Origin: Spirochaetia bacterium
GTDB taxonomy: Bacteria; Spirochaetota; Spirochaetia; SZUA-6; Bin103
Assembly: GCA_965199955.1 (NCBI GenBank)
Contig: CBDATQ010000001.1
Span: 736,001 to 800,000 of the forward strand
Direction: 5' to 3'
DNA: 64,000 nucleotides
Shown: one piece after another, positions 39,355 through 47,779 of the stretch
Position numbering within the stretch: position 1 is the first letter of the stretch
Layout of the letters: each line of letters starts with the position of its first letter
Made by a program: the position numbers and the translations under genes
Notes under the pieces: model-generated
What the model was told of the DNA's origin: nothing
Database searches by the model: none
The model's input: the letters and a program-made list of their open reading frames with translations, nothing else

Positions 39355-40152
39355 TCAGGCTTCCGGCAGCTCGTTGCGGTAGTTGTCTTCCGGTCCGAAC
39401 GCCTCCCACGGCGAGTTGAAGAAGGCGCGCTGCGCGTCGTTCAGCCGCGCCATGGTGTCGGCGCCGGGGATGCGGCCGCCGGTGTGCTGGTAGTGGTAGC
39501 TGGCAGCGCGGTCGTTGTACTTGTAGAACAGGCCGTAGCGCGGCTCTTCGCCCTGCCAGCGGTTGGCGCCGTGCGCCAGCGTTTCGGTGAAGATGATCGC
39601 CGACCCCTTGGGCGCGCCGATGTTGCGCACCAGCGGGCCGTCGACCGCGAACAGCCGCTGGTGGTCCTCGGGCAGCGGGAAGTCGCACTTGTGGGAGCCG
39701 GGGATGCAGGCGAAGCCTCCGTCCTCTTCCGCGATGTCCTGCAGCGTGAACGACACCACGGTGAGGCCGGTGAAGATCCGATCGCCCTGCACGTGGTAGC
39801 GGAAGTTGACCCGGCCGCCGCGATGGCCGCCGTGCATCTCGAACTGCGGGCAGCCCTTGGAGCGCACGAAGCTGTAGGTGATCTCCAGGCGCAGCTTGGG
39901 GGCGATGATCTCGGTGAGCACCTCCATCAGCCTGGGGTGGTCGATCAGCGAGATGAACGGCTCACCCGCGTCCAGGAGCCCCCAGGCACCGTGCCAGGTG
40001 CCGTTGGCGTCGTAGCCGTTCGGGGTCTTGTCGAGCGGCTCCATGCGCTCGGCGATCTTGCGCTTGGCGGTCTCGCACTCCTGGTCGGTGAGCACGTCCT
40101 CGACCACCAGGAAGCCCTGCAGGTCGAACAGGTACTTCTGGGTCGCGGTCAT
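39355..40152 (-). CDS. PhyH-family Fe(II)/2-oxoglutarate oxygenase with HGG in place of HxD
   Basis: KYLFDLQGFLVVEDVL; MHGG; GGFACIPGSHK; GSAIIFTETLAHG; R in EPRY. Confidence 0.88.
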   Translation of the reverse strand: MTATQKYLFDLQGFLVVEDVLTDQECETAKRKIAERMEPLDKTPNGYDANGTWHGAWGLLDAGEPFISLIDHPRLMEVLTEIIAPKLRLEITYSFVRSKGCPQFEMHGGHRGGRVNFRYHVQGDRIFTGLTVVSFTLQDIAEEDGGFACIPGSHKCDFPLPEDHQRLFAVDGPLVRNIGAPKGSAIIFTETLAHGANRWQGEEPRYGLFYKYNDRAASYHYQHTGGRIPGADTMARLNDAQRAFFNSPWEAFGPEDNYRNELPEA

Positions 40153-40309
40153 CGCCCGAGCCTACGAGCTTGCCGGAGTGCCGACAAGCTCGCGGGCTCG
40201 CGGTTTATTGGCCGGCGGTGACCCGGCCCGGCAGCGACAGGTCGCCGGAGGCGATGTCGTGCACGCCGGTGAAGCACAGCAGCGGGGCCTCGGCCTGCTC
40301 GTTGATCCA

Positions 40310-40338
40310 TTGCAAGACTGGTTTCGAGTCGCGACTAT
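40310..40338 (+). promoter_or_regulatory. Promoter/operator of the MarR gene
   Basis: TTGCAA-17-GACTAT, 6 nt before the ATG; imperfect palindrome GTTTCGA-G-TCGCGAC (40321-40335) overlapping the spacer and -10. Confidence 0.5.
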
Positions 40339-40344
40339 AGGCCG

Positions 40345-40911
40345 ATGACCGGCGGCGGCCCGGAGCACATCGCGGCGCTGATCGAACGCATCGGCCGCCT
40401 GCTGAGCACCGACGCGCACGCCGCGGGGCTGGCGCCGGTGCAGTGGGAGGCGCTGCGCTATGTGGGCCGTGCCAATCGCTTCTCCAGGACGGCGGCGGCG
40501 CTGACCGCCTACCTGGGGCTCACCAAGGGCACGGTGTCACAGACCATCAACGCTTTGGAGTCCAGGGGTCTGGTCGTGAAGCGGGTCGATCCCGGCGACC
40601 GCCGCAGCAGGCTTCTGTCGCTCAGCCCGGCCGGCCGCACGCTGCTGGGGCGTGACCCGCTCGCCCAGACCGTGGACGCGACCCGGAGCCTGTCCGGCCC
40701 GCAGCGAGCAGGGCTGGCGCAGGGTCTCGAATCGATACTCTCCTCCCGCCTCGATGCGCGGCAGCGCAAACCGTTCGGGCAGTGCCGTGACTGCCGTTAC
40801 TTCGCGCTCCGGCACCCCGGCGGCGCGCCCCACTACTGCCGGCTGCTCGACGAACCGCTCGCGGTGGAAGAAAAGGACCTGATCTGCCACGAACAGCAAC
40901 CGGCCGCATGA
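40345..40911 (+). CDS. MarR-family regulator with C-terminal 4-Cys motif
   Basis: GL.PVQWEALRY; YLGLTKGTVSQT..ALE.RGLV; DRRS..LSL; CRDC...HYC...IC. Confidence 0.85.
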   Translation: MTGGGPEHIAALIERIGRLLSTDAHAAGLAPVQWEALRYVGRANRFSRTAAALTAYLGLTKGTVSQTINALESRGLVVKRVDPGDRRSRLLSLSPAGRTLLGRDPLAQTVDATRSLSGPQRAGLAQGLESILSSRLDARQRKPFGQCRDCRYFALRHPGGAPHYCRLLDEPLAVEEKDLICHEQQPAA

Positions 40912-41188
40912 AGCCGGCGCGCCGGTCGCATCACGACCCCGGCCAATCGGCACCGGCACCCGGGCCAAGAACGTGCCAGTGCATGTGCGGCGTCACGCCG
41001 GGAGCCGCGGCGTTGGCGCGCACGGAAACCCTCGCCGTCAAGGAGGCCGAAACACTTCTCACTGCGTCGGCTCTGTTGTAATACGGGAGGCTTGTCCGTT
41101 ACCACTCGCCCAAGGGAAGCTGAGGATAAGGTGAATGCTCCGGGGCGACCAAGGGGCAACCCGGACGCATCAGGTCGTGACGTGGGGG

Positions 41189-42055
41189 TTACCCGGTCGG
41201 GCTTCTCAGGATGACGAACGAGGCGTGATTACCCTCATATACACGAGCTGCATTCAGCACGGAGTACTTTGCCCACAGACGCCATATGGCCTGCCACTGG
41301 GGATCCGCGGGGTTGGCCTCTTTGACCGGCAGCCCCAACCCTTTGGCGCTCTGGGAGGAAATGATAGCACGATGGCTCGGCGTCTCGTCGATCAAGGCGG
41401 GTTTGAGCGCCTCTGCCATATCGTCGACTTGTTTCGGTTGACGGCTTGGGGCACAGGCGAGTGCTTCTCGCAACTGGTCGCCAGCGCGCTCCAACGCTTC
41501 GCGTGCCTGCTGCACCTTCAGCGCGGTGAGGTCACTCAGTAGAGACGCGTGCACAGGATAGGTGTTTGGCTTCGCCTCAACTCGCTGTTCGGCATCCTCG
41601 ACCGCGGCAATGATTGTCTTGGCTGCAGCCCATTGGCCGTCGGGGAGCGGAAACTGCGGGTCGACCGGTCCTAAGTCGCTTGTGGGTCCCAAGTAAAGGT
41701 GGTCAGCTCCGACGGCGAACAGAGTGCCGGCACTCTTCGCTTGATCCGGCACGATTACTGTTAGCTCACGGCACCGGCTCTGAGCTTGCCGGACCAGTCG
41801 TAGCGCCGTTTCTCCGTCGCCACCCGGTGTCGCCAGCATCACATGAAGATTATCCTCGGGGGTTGCATCGTACAGTGTTTCTTCAAAAGGGGTTACGCTG
41901 CCTGGATGTATGATGTCGATCAAGACGACGAGGCGACAGCAGTGCTTCCTCTCGTAGTCTCGAATCAGATTCTGCCGTTCGTATCGAGACGCGTTCTGCG
42001 CCTCGAAGAGCGGACTCCGGGTTGGGACTCCGCTATCAGGCTGACCAGAACTCAC
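41189..42055 (-). CDS. SDH_sah / ClpP-class serine protease
   Basis: TPGGD; VIVPDQAKSAGTL; SDLGPVDPQ; SH...I....A..LGL. Start GTG 42055 overlaps the upstream stop (GTGA). Confidence 0.85.
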   Translation of the reverse strand: MSSGQPDSGVPTRSPLFEAQNASRYERQNLIRDYERKHCCRLVVLIDIIHPGSVTPFEETLYDATPEDNLHVMLATPGGDGETALRLVRQAQSRCRELTVIVPDQAKSAGTLFAVGADHLYLGPTSDLGPVDPQFPLPDGQWAAAKTIIAAVEDAEQRVEAKPNTYPVHASLLSDLTALKVQQAREALERAGDQLREALACAPSRQPKQVDDMAEALKPALIDETPSHRAIISSQSAKGLGLPVKEANPADPQWQAIWRLWAKYSVLNAARVYEGNHASFVILRSPTG

Positions 42056-42252
42056 GCCGTGGGCCGTGAGCCATCGGTGGGAAACACGATCTGCTTGCCC
42101 TCGCGCGCCTTGCGTCCATCCTCCCGTGCGCTTCTGGCTTGTTCGATCCGCTCTCGCCAATCGGGATCGTGCGAAGGCGGTAGGGGTAGGCGAGCGGCGT
42201 CCTCACGGTTGCGAGCCTCGTCTCCGGAATGTGCTTTGGGGTCCGGTGCCAT
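42052..42252 (-). CDS. Small charged hypothetical protein (66 aa) coupled to the protease
   Basis: GAGAGGAA RBS before ATG 42252; stop overlaps the protease start; helical WRERIEQARSAREDGRKAREGK. Confidence 0.6.
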   Translation of the reverse strand: MAPDPKAHSGDEARNREDAARLPLPPSHDPDWRERIEQARSAREDGRKAREGKQIVFPTDGSRPTA

Positions 42253-42502
42253 CTTCGGTTCCTCTCTCGTGTCAATCTACCAAATATGCCGTTGGGCGTG
42301 GGCGTCGGCGCGGCGGATCAGTTCAGGCCGCCAGCACAGGTCGGATTCGGGCGCGGCGGCAGCCAGTAGGCGCCGCTCGGCGGCGAAGTGCTTGGCGTGC
42401 GGCCGCACCGCGGCCTGTACCGCCGCTGGCGGTCCAGGTGGTCGCGCATCCTCTCGTCGTCCATGCCAGGACAGTGCGCGCTCGGTGCTATCGCTTCAAC
42501 CG

Positions 42503-44474
42503 TTAACCCGAAGTTCCAGGAGCGAAATGCTCTGAAGTCTTTGTGATCATGATAGTTACCTTGATTCCTCAGGGTCGCGTGCGTGGCTACACGCGGGATT
42601 TGATCCCAAGCAGCTCGAAACAGCGCTGCTGAACCGGCGTCGGGTGCGTGTGCAGCGTGAATGTGCTTTCGCCGTCGGCGATTCGCATCGTGTTCGCCGT
42701 CAGGGTGCCCAGTTCGTCGATCAACGTCCGAAAGCTGTGCACCGGCAGCCCGTCCTCGGTGCGCTTGCTCGACGCCTTGGCCGCCGCGGCCGCCGATCGC
42801 TGCGCCGGCGCCACTTCGGAGACCCGCTTGCGCTCGGCGCCCTGTCGATCGTGATCGTCGAACAGCAACGGCGCCAGCGAGCGCCGCATGTGCCACTCCA
42901 CGTAGTAGGCCAGCATGCACAGCAGCACGTGCGCCCGCACCCGATCGGCGCGCCGGTGGTGAATCGGGCGCACCTTCAGGTCCACGGACTTCATGCACCG
43001 AAACGCCCGCTCCACCTTCGACAGCCCCTTGTAGGCGCGCACCGTCTGCGCCGCGTCGAGCACCTGCGGCTCCACGTTGCTGCGCACGATGTACAGCCCG
43101 TCCAGCGCCTGCTCGGCGGCGATCTTGTGCTCATCGCGCCGAAAGCTGAACGACTCGGAGGTGATCTCGGTCACGAAGTGCTTGCCCACCTTGTAGTGAT
43201 TGATCACCTTGCCGACCCGCATGCCGATCTCGGCCTCGCCCCGTAGCGGCTGATGGACGCGCTGGGTGGCCTGAGCGATCGGGGCCAGCTTCTGCTCGGT
43301 GGCCTGTAGCAGCTCCTGGCGCTTGCGCTTCCGTTCGTCGGCCAGCAACGGGTTGCGGCACACGATCAGCCGCTCGCCCGGAAACTCCTCGCTGGTGATC
43401 TCGGCCAGGTCGCGCTCGTCGAACAACGACGGCGCCACCTCACCGGCGGCCACCAGCTTGCGGATCGTCGGCGCGCGCAGCGTGGTGATCCAGCGCAGCC
43501 CCTCCACCTCTTGCAGGTCCTCGCGGATCCTCGCCGCGCTCAGCATCCCGCGGTCGCCGACCAGCACCACCCGCGTGAGTCCGAAGCGGGTGCGGATCTT
43601 GTCCACCTGCGCGCTCACCGTCTTCGGGTCGGCGGTAGAGCCAGGCAAGACTTCCACCGCCACCGGACAGCCTTCCTGGGTGCACAGCAGCCCGAACACG
43701 ATCTGCAGCGTGCCCGACTTGCCGTCACGGCTGTGTCCCAACTGCGCCAGCTCGCAGTGGCTGCCCTCGAAGTAGGTCGAGCTCACGTCGTAGAGCACCA
43801 GCGTGTGCTCGCTGAGGTGCTGTTCAGCCAGGCGGTCCTCGATCGCCGCCTGGCGCCCGACCAACCAGTCCATCGCCTCGTAGAGCTCGTTCTCATCGAC
43901 CTCGCCCAGCCGCAACGCCTCGCCGAGGGTTGACGCCGCGCTCGGCGGTGATAGCGCGCGGGCGGTGGCCAGCTTGGACTGCGCGTCGATGACGCGGGCG
44001 GTGATCATGGCGATGACCAGCTCGCGCGAGCGGCTGGCCTTGCGGGCGATGAGGGTATGGAGTCCGAGCTGCTTGAGGATGCCCAGCACGGCGGCGACAT
44101 GGCCGTGGGGGAGGCTGCGCAGGCAGTCGAACGCGTCTTTGGGGTTGACCAGCGGTTCGCCCTTGAGGGCTCTGCGGATCAGATCGATGACGTGATCGGG
44201 GAGATGGGAGATGTTGCCGAGGGTTTCGTGCTTGATCTTTCCGTCCTGGCGGAAGGTACGGCGCAGCAGGTGGGTGTGGTAGGTCCGGTTGCCATGGCGG
44301 CGCGTAGTGGTGGCTACATGCACGGGTCCCTGTCTGCTGGGCATAGTTGCCAGGATAGCAGAAAGAGGAACGAGCGTCAACTACACTCGTGGCTACACAT
44401 TGCACCTCCAAAATGCGGTAACTGCCATTGCTTCAAATAGTTACGTCAATTTCGGCTCTGGAATTTCGGACTAG
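42503..44474 (-). mobile_element. IS1634-family insertion sequence
   Basis: Imperfect ~26-bp inverted repeats (TTAACCCGAAGTTCCAGGAGCGAAAT / CTAGTCCGAAATTCCAGAGCCGAAAT); CCG(TT) repeated at both flanks; exact ends uncertain by 1-2 nt. Confidence 0.85.
42587..44344 (-). CDS. IS1634-family transposase (intact)
   Basis: LYDVSSTYFEG; GHSRDGK; VGDRGM; DGLYIVRSN; YKGLSKVERAFRCMK..DLKVRPIHH. Confidence 0.92.
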   Translation of the reverse strand: MPSRQGPVHVATTTRRHGNRTYHTHLLRRTFRQDGKIKHETLGNISHLPDHVIDLIRRALKGEPLVNPKDAFDCLRSLPHGHVAAVLGILKQLGLHTLIARKASRSRELVIAMITARVIDAQSKLATARALSPPSAASTLGEALRLGEVDENELYEAMDWLVGRQAAIEDRLAEQHLSEHTLVLYDVSSTYFEGSHCELAQLGHSRDGKSGTLQIVFGLLCTQEGCPVAVEVLPGSTADPKTVSAQVDKIRTRFGLTRVVLVGDRGMLSAARIREDLQEVEGLRWITTLRAPTIRKLVAAGEVAPSLFDERDLAEITSEEFPGERLIVCRNPLLADERKRKRQELLQATEQKLAPIAQATQRVHQPLRGEAEIGMRVGKVINHYKVGKHFVTEITSESFSFRRDEHKIAAEQALDGLYIVRSNVEPQVLDAAQTVRAYKGLSKVERAFRCMKSVDLKVRPIHHRRADRVRAHVLLCMLAYYVEWHMRRSLAPLLFDDHDRQGAERKRVSEVAPAQRSAAAAAKASSKRTEDGLPVHSFRTLIDELGTLTANTMRIADGESTFTLHTHPTPVQQRCFELLGIKSRV

Positions 44475-44535
44475 CCGTTGTTGTTGCTGCTGGCGATGGG
44501 GCGGGCCGTGCGCGGAGAACAGCGTCTCGCCCTGT

Positions 44536-44660
44536 TCAGTGAGCTCGGCTCTGCTCCAGCGCGGCCACCTCGCGCAGCAGGTTGTGCGCGGGCAGATCGT
44601 CGGCCGTCACCCGCCTAAGGTCAAGCAGGAAGTAGCCCTGCGCCTGATACGGCGCCAGCC
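44536..44660 (-). pseudogene. Internal fragment of a second Rpn-family gene
   Basis: LAPYQAQGYFLLDLRRVTADDLPAHNLLREVAALEQSR parallels 46192-46310. Confidence 0.8.
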
Positions 44661-44728
44661 GGAAGCGGAGGGTTGTGCGGATGCGATGGTCGAAGGGGGG
44701 CCGGGGACGGACTCCCGTGGTCGTCACC

Positions 44729-45643
44729 TCAGCGGCGCGGGGCGGTGCTCCTCGACTCGCGCCAGACCATGCGGCGTGCGGTGCCGTCCATGATCAGCGC
44801 GCGGTCCTCCTCGCCTATGTGGGGCAGCAACTCGTCGACCACTCGGGTCAGCTTGCCGTAGCCGGGGTCCCGCTGGATCCAGGGGAAGTCGGTGGCCCAC
44901 ATGCAGCGGTCGGCACCCATGTCCTTCACGAGTTGCTCGTGCCAGCGCCGCAGGTCCAGGTACGGGTAGGGCTCCTGGCTGAAGGCGTACTGGCCGGACA
45001 GCTTGACGCACACGTTCGGGAACTGCGCGAGTCCGAGCGTGTTGTGGCGGGTCAGCGGCATGTCGAAGGAGAAGGTGCGCCGGACCATCCGCGGCCGGCC
45101 CTGCCCGTCGGTCGTCATGGATCCTGGGGCCGGGCAGATCATCAGGTGGTTGAACACCACCGTGAGCTCCGGAAACGCGTCCAGCAGCCAGGGGGTCAGG
45201 TGCGCGTCGGCGGCGCGGGGATAGAGCCAGACGATGTAGTCCCTCTCGGCGGCGTGCTTCCAGAACGGGTAGGTCGTGAAGGTGCGCACGTCCATCGGTG
45301 CGGTCGGATCGAGCGGGCCGCCGATCTCGTGCAGCCGGAAGCCGACGATGCCGCCGTCCCCGGCCAGCCGGTCCATGTGGTCTTCCGGCTGGCGCGGGTC
45401 CGGCACCAGGCCGATCCCCTTGAACCGGTCCGGGTAGCGCTTCAGGCAGTAGCGGAGGTAGGCGTGGGTTTCGAGCGACGTGCCGCCGATCTGCACCAGC
45501 GTCGCCCGCTCGACGCCGTGCTCCTCCATCAGGCCCAAGAGCTTCTCGGCGCTTTCCTCCCTATCGGCCGGCATGGTATCGCTCACCTCGCGCGGGAACT
45601 CGCGCGATGCCTTGGCGAAGACGTGGACGTGGGCGTCTATCAC
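44729..45643 (-). CDS. Amidohydrolase_2 family metallohydrolase (copy B)
   Basis: IDAHVH; NH; PNVCVKLSG; RCMWATDFPW. Confidence 0.9.
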   Translation of the reverse strand: MIDAHVHVFAKASREFPREVSDTMPADREESAEKLLGLMEEHGVERATLVQIGGTSLETHAYLRYCLKRYPDRFKGIGLVPDPRQPEDHMDRLAGDGGIVGFRLHEIGGPLDPTAPMDVRTFTTYPFWKHAAERDYIVWLYPRAADAHLTPWLLDAFPELTVVFNHLMICPAPGSMTTDGQGRPRMVRRTFSFDMPLTRHNTLGLAQFPNVCVKLSGQYAFSQEPYPYLDLRRWHEQLVKDMGADRCMWATDFPWIQRDPGYGKLTRVVDELLPHIGEEDRALIMDGTARRMVWRESRSTAPRR

Positions 45644-46737
45644 GAAGCGGGCCTCCCGATCTCGTCGTCAGCGACGGCGCGGCGGTACAGGCGCAGGTCG
45701 CGGATCCTGCCGTTGAAGGTGTCGATGGCGCCGGCGCCGATCCTCAGGGGGTGGTCGGTCGAGAGGTCGAAGGTGAACGTGGATCGAGGCGGGCGAGAAA
45801 CTCGGCGGCGGTGTCGCAACGCACCAGCCATTCGCCGATCTCGGCCAGGCGGTCGGGTTCGGTGATCGGCCCCACCACCTCGGCCAGACGTCCGGGCGGT
45901 GTCGTCGCCGAAGCGCGCGTCCGCCTGACGGCACAGCAGGGCACGCTGCTGGTCGATCCCCTGCTCGCGTCCTTCCCGGAGCCACTGCTTCGGCCATTCG
46001 GCTACTCGTTCGACCAGCGTCATCCTGACCTCCTCCCATGTCCGGAGCGGCGGCACCACAGTACCTGCCGGCGCGAGCCGCTCGGCCATCTGCCGGATCC
46101 AAGCCACGAACGCGCGCTGCAACTCGCCCGCGCGCGGATCCCGCAACCAGGGCTGCAGCGCTTCCCACACCCGCAGCAGGTCAGCGTTCGTTCGGCTCTG
46201 CTCCAGCGCGGCCACCACACGCAGCAGGTTGCGCCCAAGCAGATCGTCGGCCGTCACGCGGCGGAGGTCAAGCACGGCGTAGCCCTGCGCAGACTGATAC
46301 GGCGTGAGCCCCGGTGCGCCCGGAATGACCAGCCCGCTCATCCGCCGCGCCGCGGTCCACGGCCCGGTGCCGTTGTAGAGCACGATCGGCAGCACCGGCG
46401 GCAGTCGCCCCTCGGCGGTCCCCGGCGCCTCGTTGCGCACCATCTCCAGGTAGAGCAGGCCGGTGTAGGTGTGGATTCGCAGCGCCATCCACGCGTCGTC
46501 CTCGGATTGGAACTCCAACAGGATCAGCAGATACATCGAGTGCTGGCCGATGCGCAGGCGCCAGACGGTGTCACCGTGGCGCTTCCGCAACTCGTCGCTG
46601 ACGTACTCGGTGGAGAGTTCGCCCAACTCGGAGAAGTCGGCTGCCGCCAGGACGTCAGCAGGGAGGCAGGCGCGCAGCAGGTCCTCGACCAAGAGCTTGC
46701 AGGCGAAGAGGCGCTTGTAGTTCTCGTCATGGAGCAT
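45640..46737 (-). CDS. Rpn-family (PD-(D/E)XK, recombination-promoting nuclease/putative transposase) protein with frameshifted chimeric C-terminus
   Basis: HDENYKRLF; GDTVWRL; LLEFQS; PPVLPIVLYNG..PW; EGREQG. An extra base at 45894-45896 diverts the frame into the duplicated LamG tail. Confidence 0.8.
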   Translation of the reverse strand: MLHDENYKRLFACKLLVEDLLRACLPADVLAAADFSELGELSTEYVSDELRKRHGDTVWRLRIGQHSMYLLILLEFQSEDDAWMALRIHTYTGLLYLEMVRNEAPGTAEGRLPPVLPIVLYNGTGPWTAARRMSGLVIPGAPGLTPYQSAQGYAVLDLRRVTADDLLGRNLLRVVAALEQSRTNADLLRVWEALQPWLRDPRAGELQRAFVAWIRQMAERLAPAGTVVPPLRTWEEVRMTLVERVAEWPKQWLREGREQGIDQQRALLCRQADARFGDDTARTSGRGGGADHRTRPPGRDRRMAGALRHRRRVSRPPRSTFTFDLSTDHPLRIGAGAIDTFNGRIRDLRLYRRAVADDEIGRPAS

Positions 46738-46864
46738 GGTGGGGTGTCCGCACTACCGATAGCGGCCCGTCCGGCGCCGGCGCTTCAGGGAGCAGTAGAG
46801 AGTAGAAGTGCGGCGTCTCCGCCGGGCGGTTGATCGCGTTCGGACGAGTCCCGCGCTCGTCACC

Positions 46865-47779
46865 TCAGCGGCGCGGGGCGTCGCTCCCCGGCTCGCGCCA
46901 GACCATGCGGCGCGCGGTGCCGTCCATGATCAGCGCGCGGTCGGCGTCGTCCAGGTCCGGCAGGAGCTCGTCGAGCACGCGGGTGAGCTTGCCATAGCCG
47001 GGTTCCTCCTGGATCCAGGGGAAGTCGGTGGCCCACATGCAGCGGTCGGCGCCCATCTCCATCACCAGCTCGCCGTGCCAGCGCCGCAGGTCCAAGTACG
47101 GGTAGGGCTCCTGGCTGAAGGCATACTGGCCGGAGAGCTTGACGCACACGTTCGGGAACTGCGCCAGACCCAGGGTGTTGTGGCGGGTCAGCGGCTGGTC
47201 GTTCGTGAACGTGCGCCGGATCATCCGCGGCCGGCCCTGCTCGTCGGTGGTCATCGACCCCTCGGGCGGACAGACCATCAGGTGGTTGAATACGACGGTG
47301 AGCTCCGGAAACGCGTCCAGCAGCCACGGGGTCAGGTGCGCCTCGGCGGCGCGAGGATGGAGCCAGACGATGTAGTCCTTCAGGGCGGCGTGCTTCCAGA
47401 ACGGGTAGGTCGTGAAGGTGCGCACGTCCATCGGCGCGGTCGGATCGAGCGGGCCGCCGATCTCGTGCAGGCGGAAGCCGACGATGTCGCCGTCCTCGGC
47501 CAGCCGGTCCATGTGGTCCTCCGGACGCCGCGGGTCCGGCACCAGGCCGATCCCCTTGAACCGTTCCGGGTAGCGCTTCAGGCAGTTGCGGAGATAGGCG
47601 TGGGTTTTGAGCGAGGTGCCGCCGATCTGCACCAGCGTCGCCCGCTCGACGCCGTGCTCCTCCATCAGGCCCAGGAGCTTCTCGGCGTTCTCCTCCCGCT
47701 CGGCCGGCAGGGTGTCGCTCACCTCACGCGGGAACTCCGGCGATGCCTTGGCGAAGACGTGCACGTGGGCGTCGATCAC
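46865..47779 (-). CDS. Amidohydrolase_2 family metallohydrolase (copy A)
   Basis: Same motifs as copy B; GTGA overlap with the LamG gene stop. Confidence 0.9.
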   Translation of the reverse strand: MIDAHVHVFAKASPEFPREVSDTLPAEREENAEKLLGLMEEHGVERATLVQIGGTSLKTHAYLRNCLKRYPERFKGIGLVPDPRRPEDHMDRLAEDGDIVGFRLHEIGGPLDPTAPMDVRTFTTYPFWKHAALKDYIVWLHPRAAEAHLTPWLLDAFPELTVVFNHLMVCPPEGSMTTDEQGRPRMIRRTFTNDQPLTRHNTLGLAQFPNVCVKLSGQYAFSQEPYPYLDLRRWHGELVMEMGADRCMWATDFPWIQEEPGYGKLTRVLDELLPDLDDADRALIMDGTARRMVWREPGSDAPRR

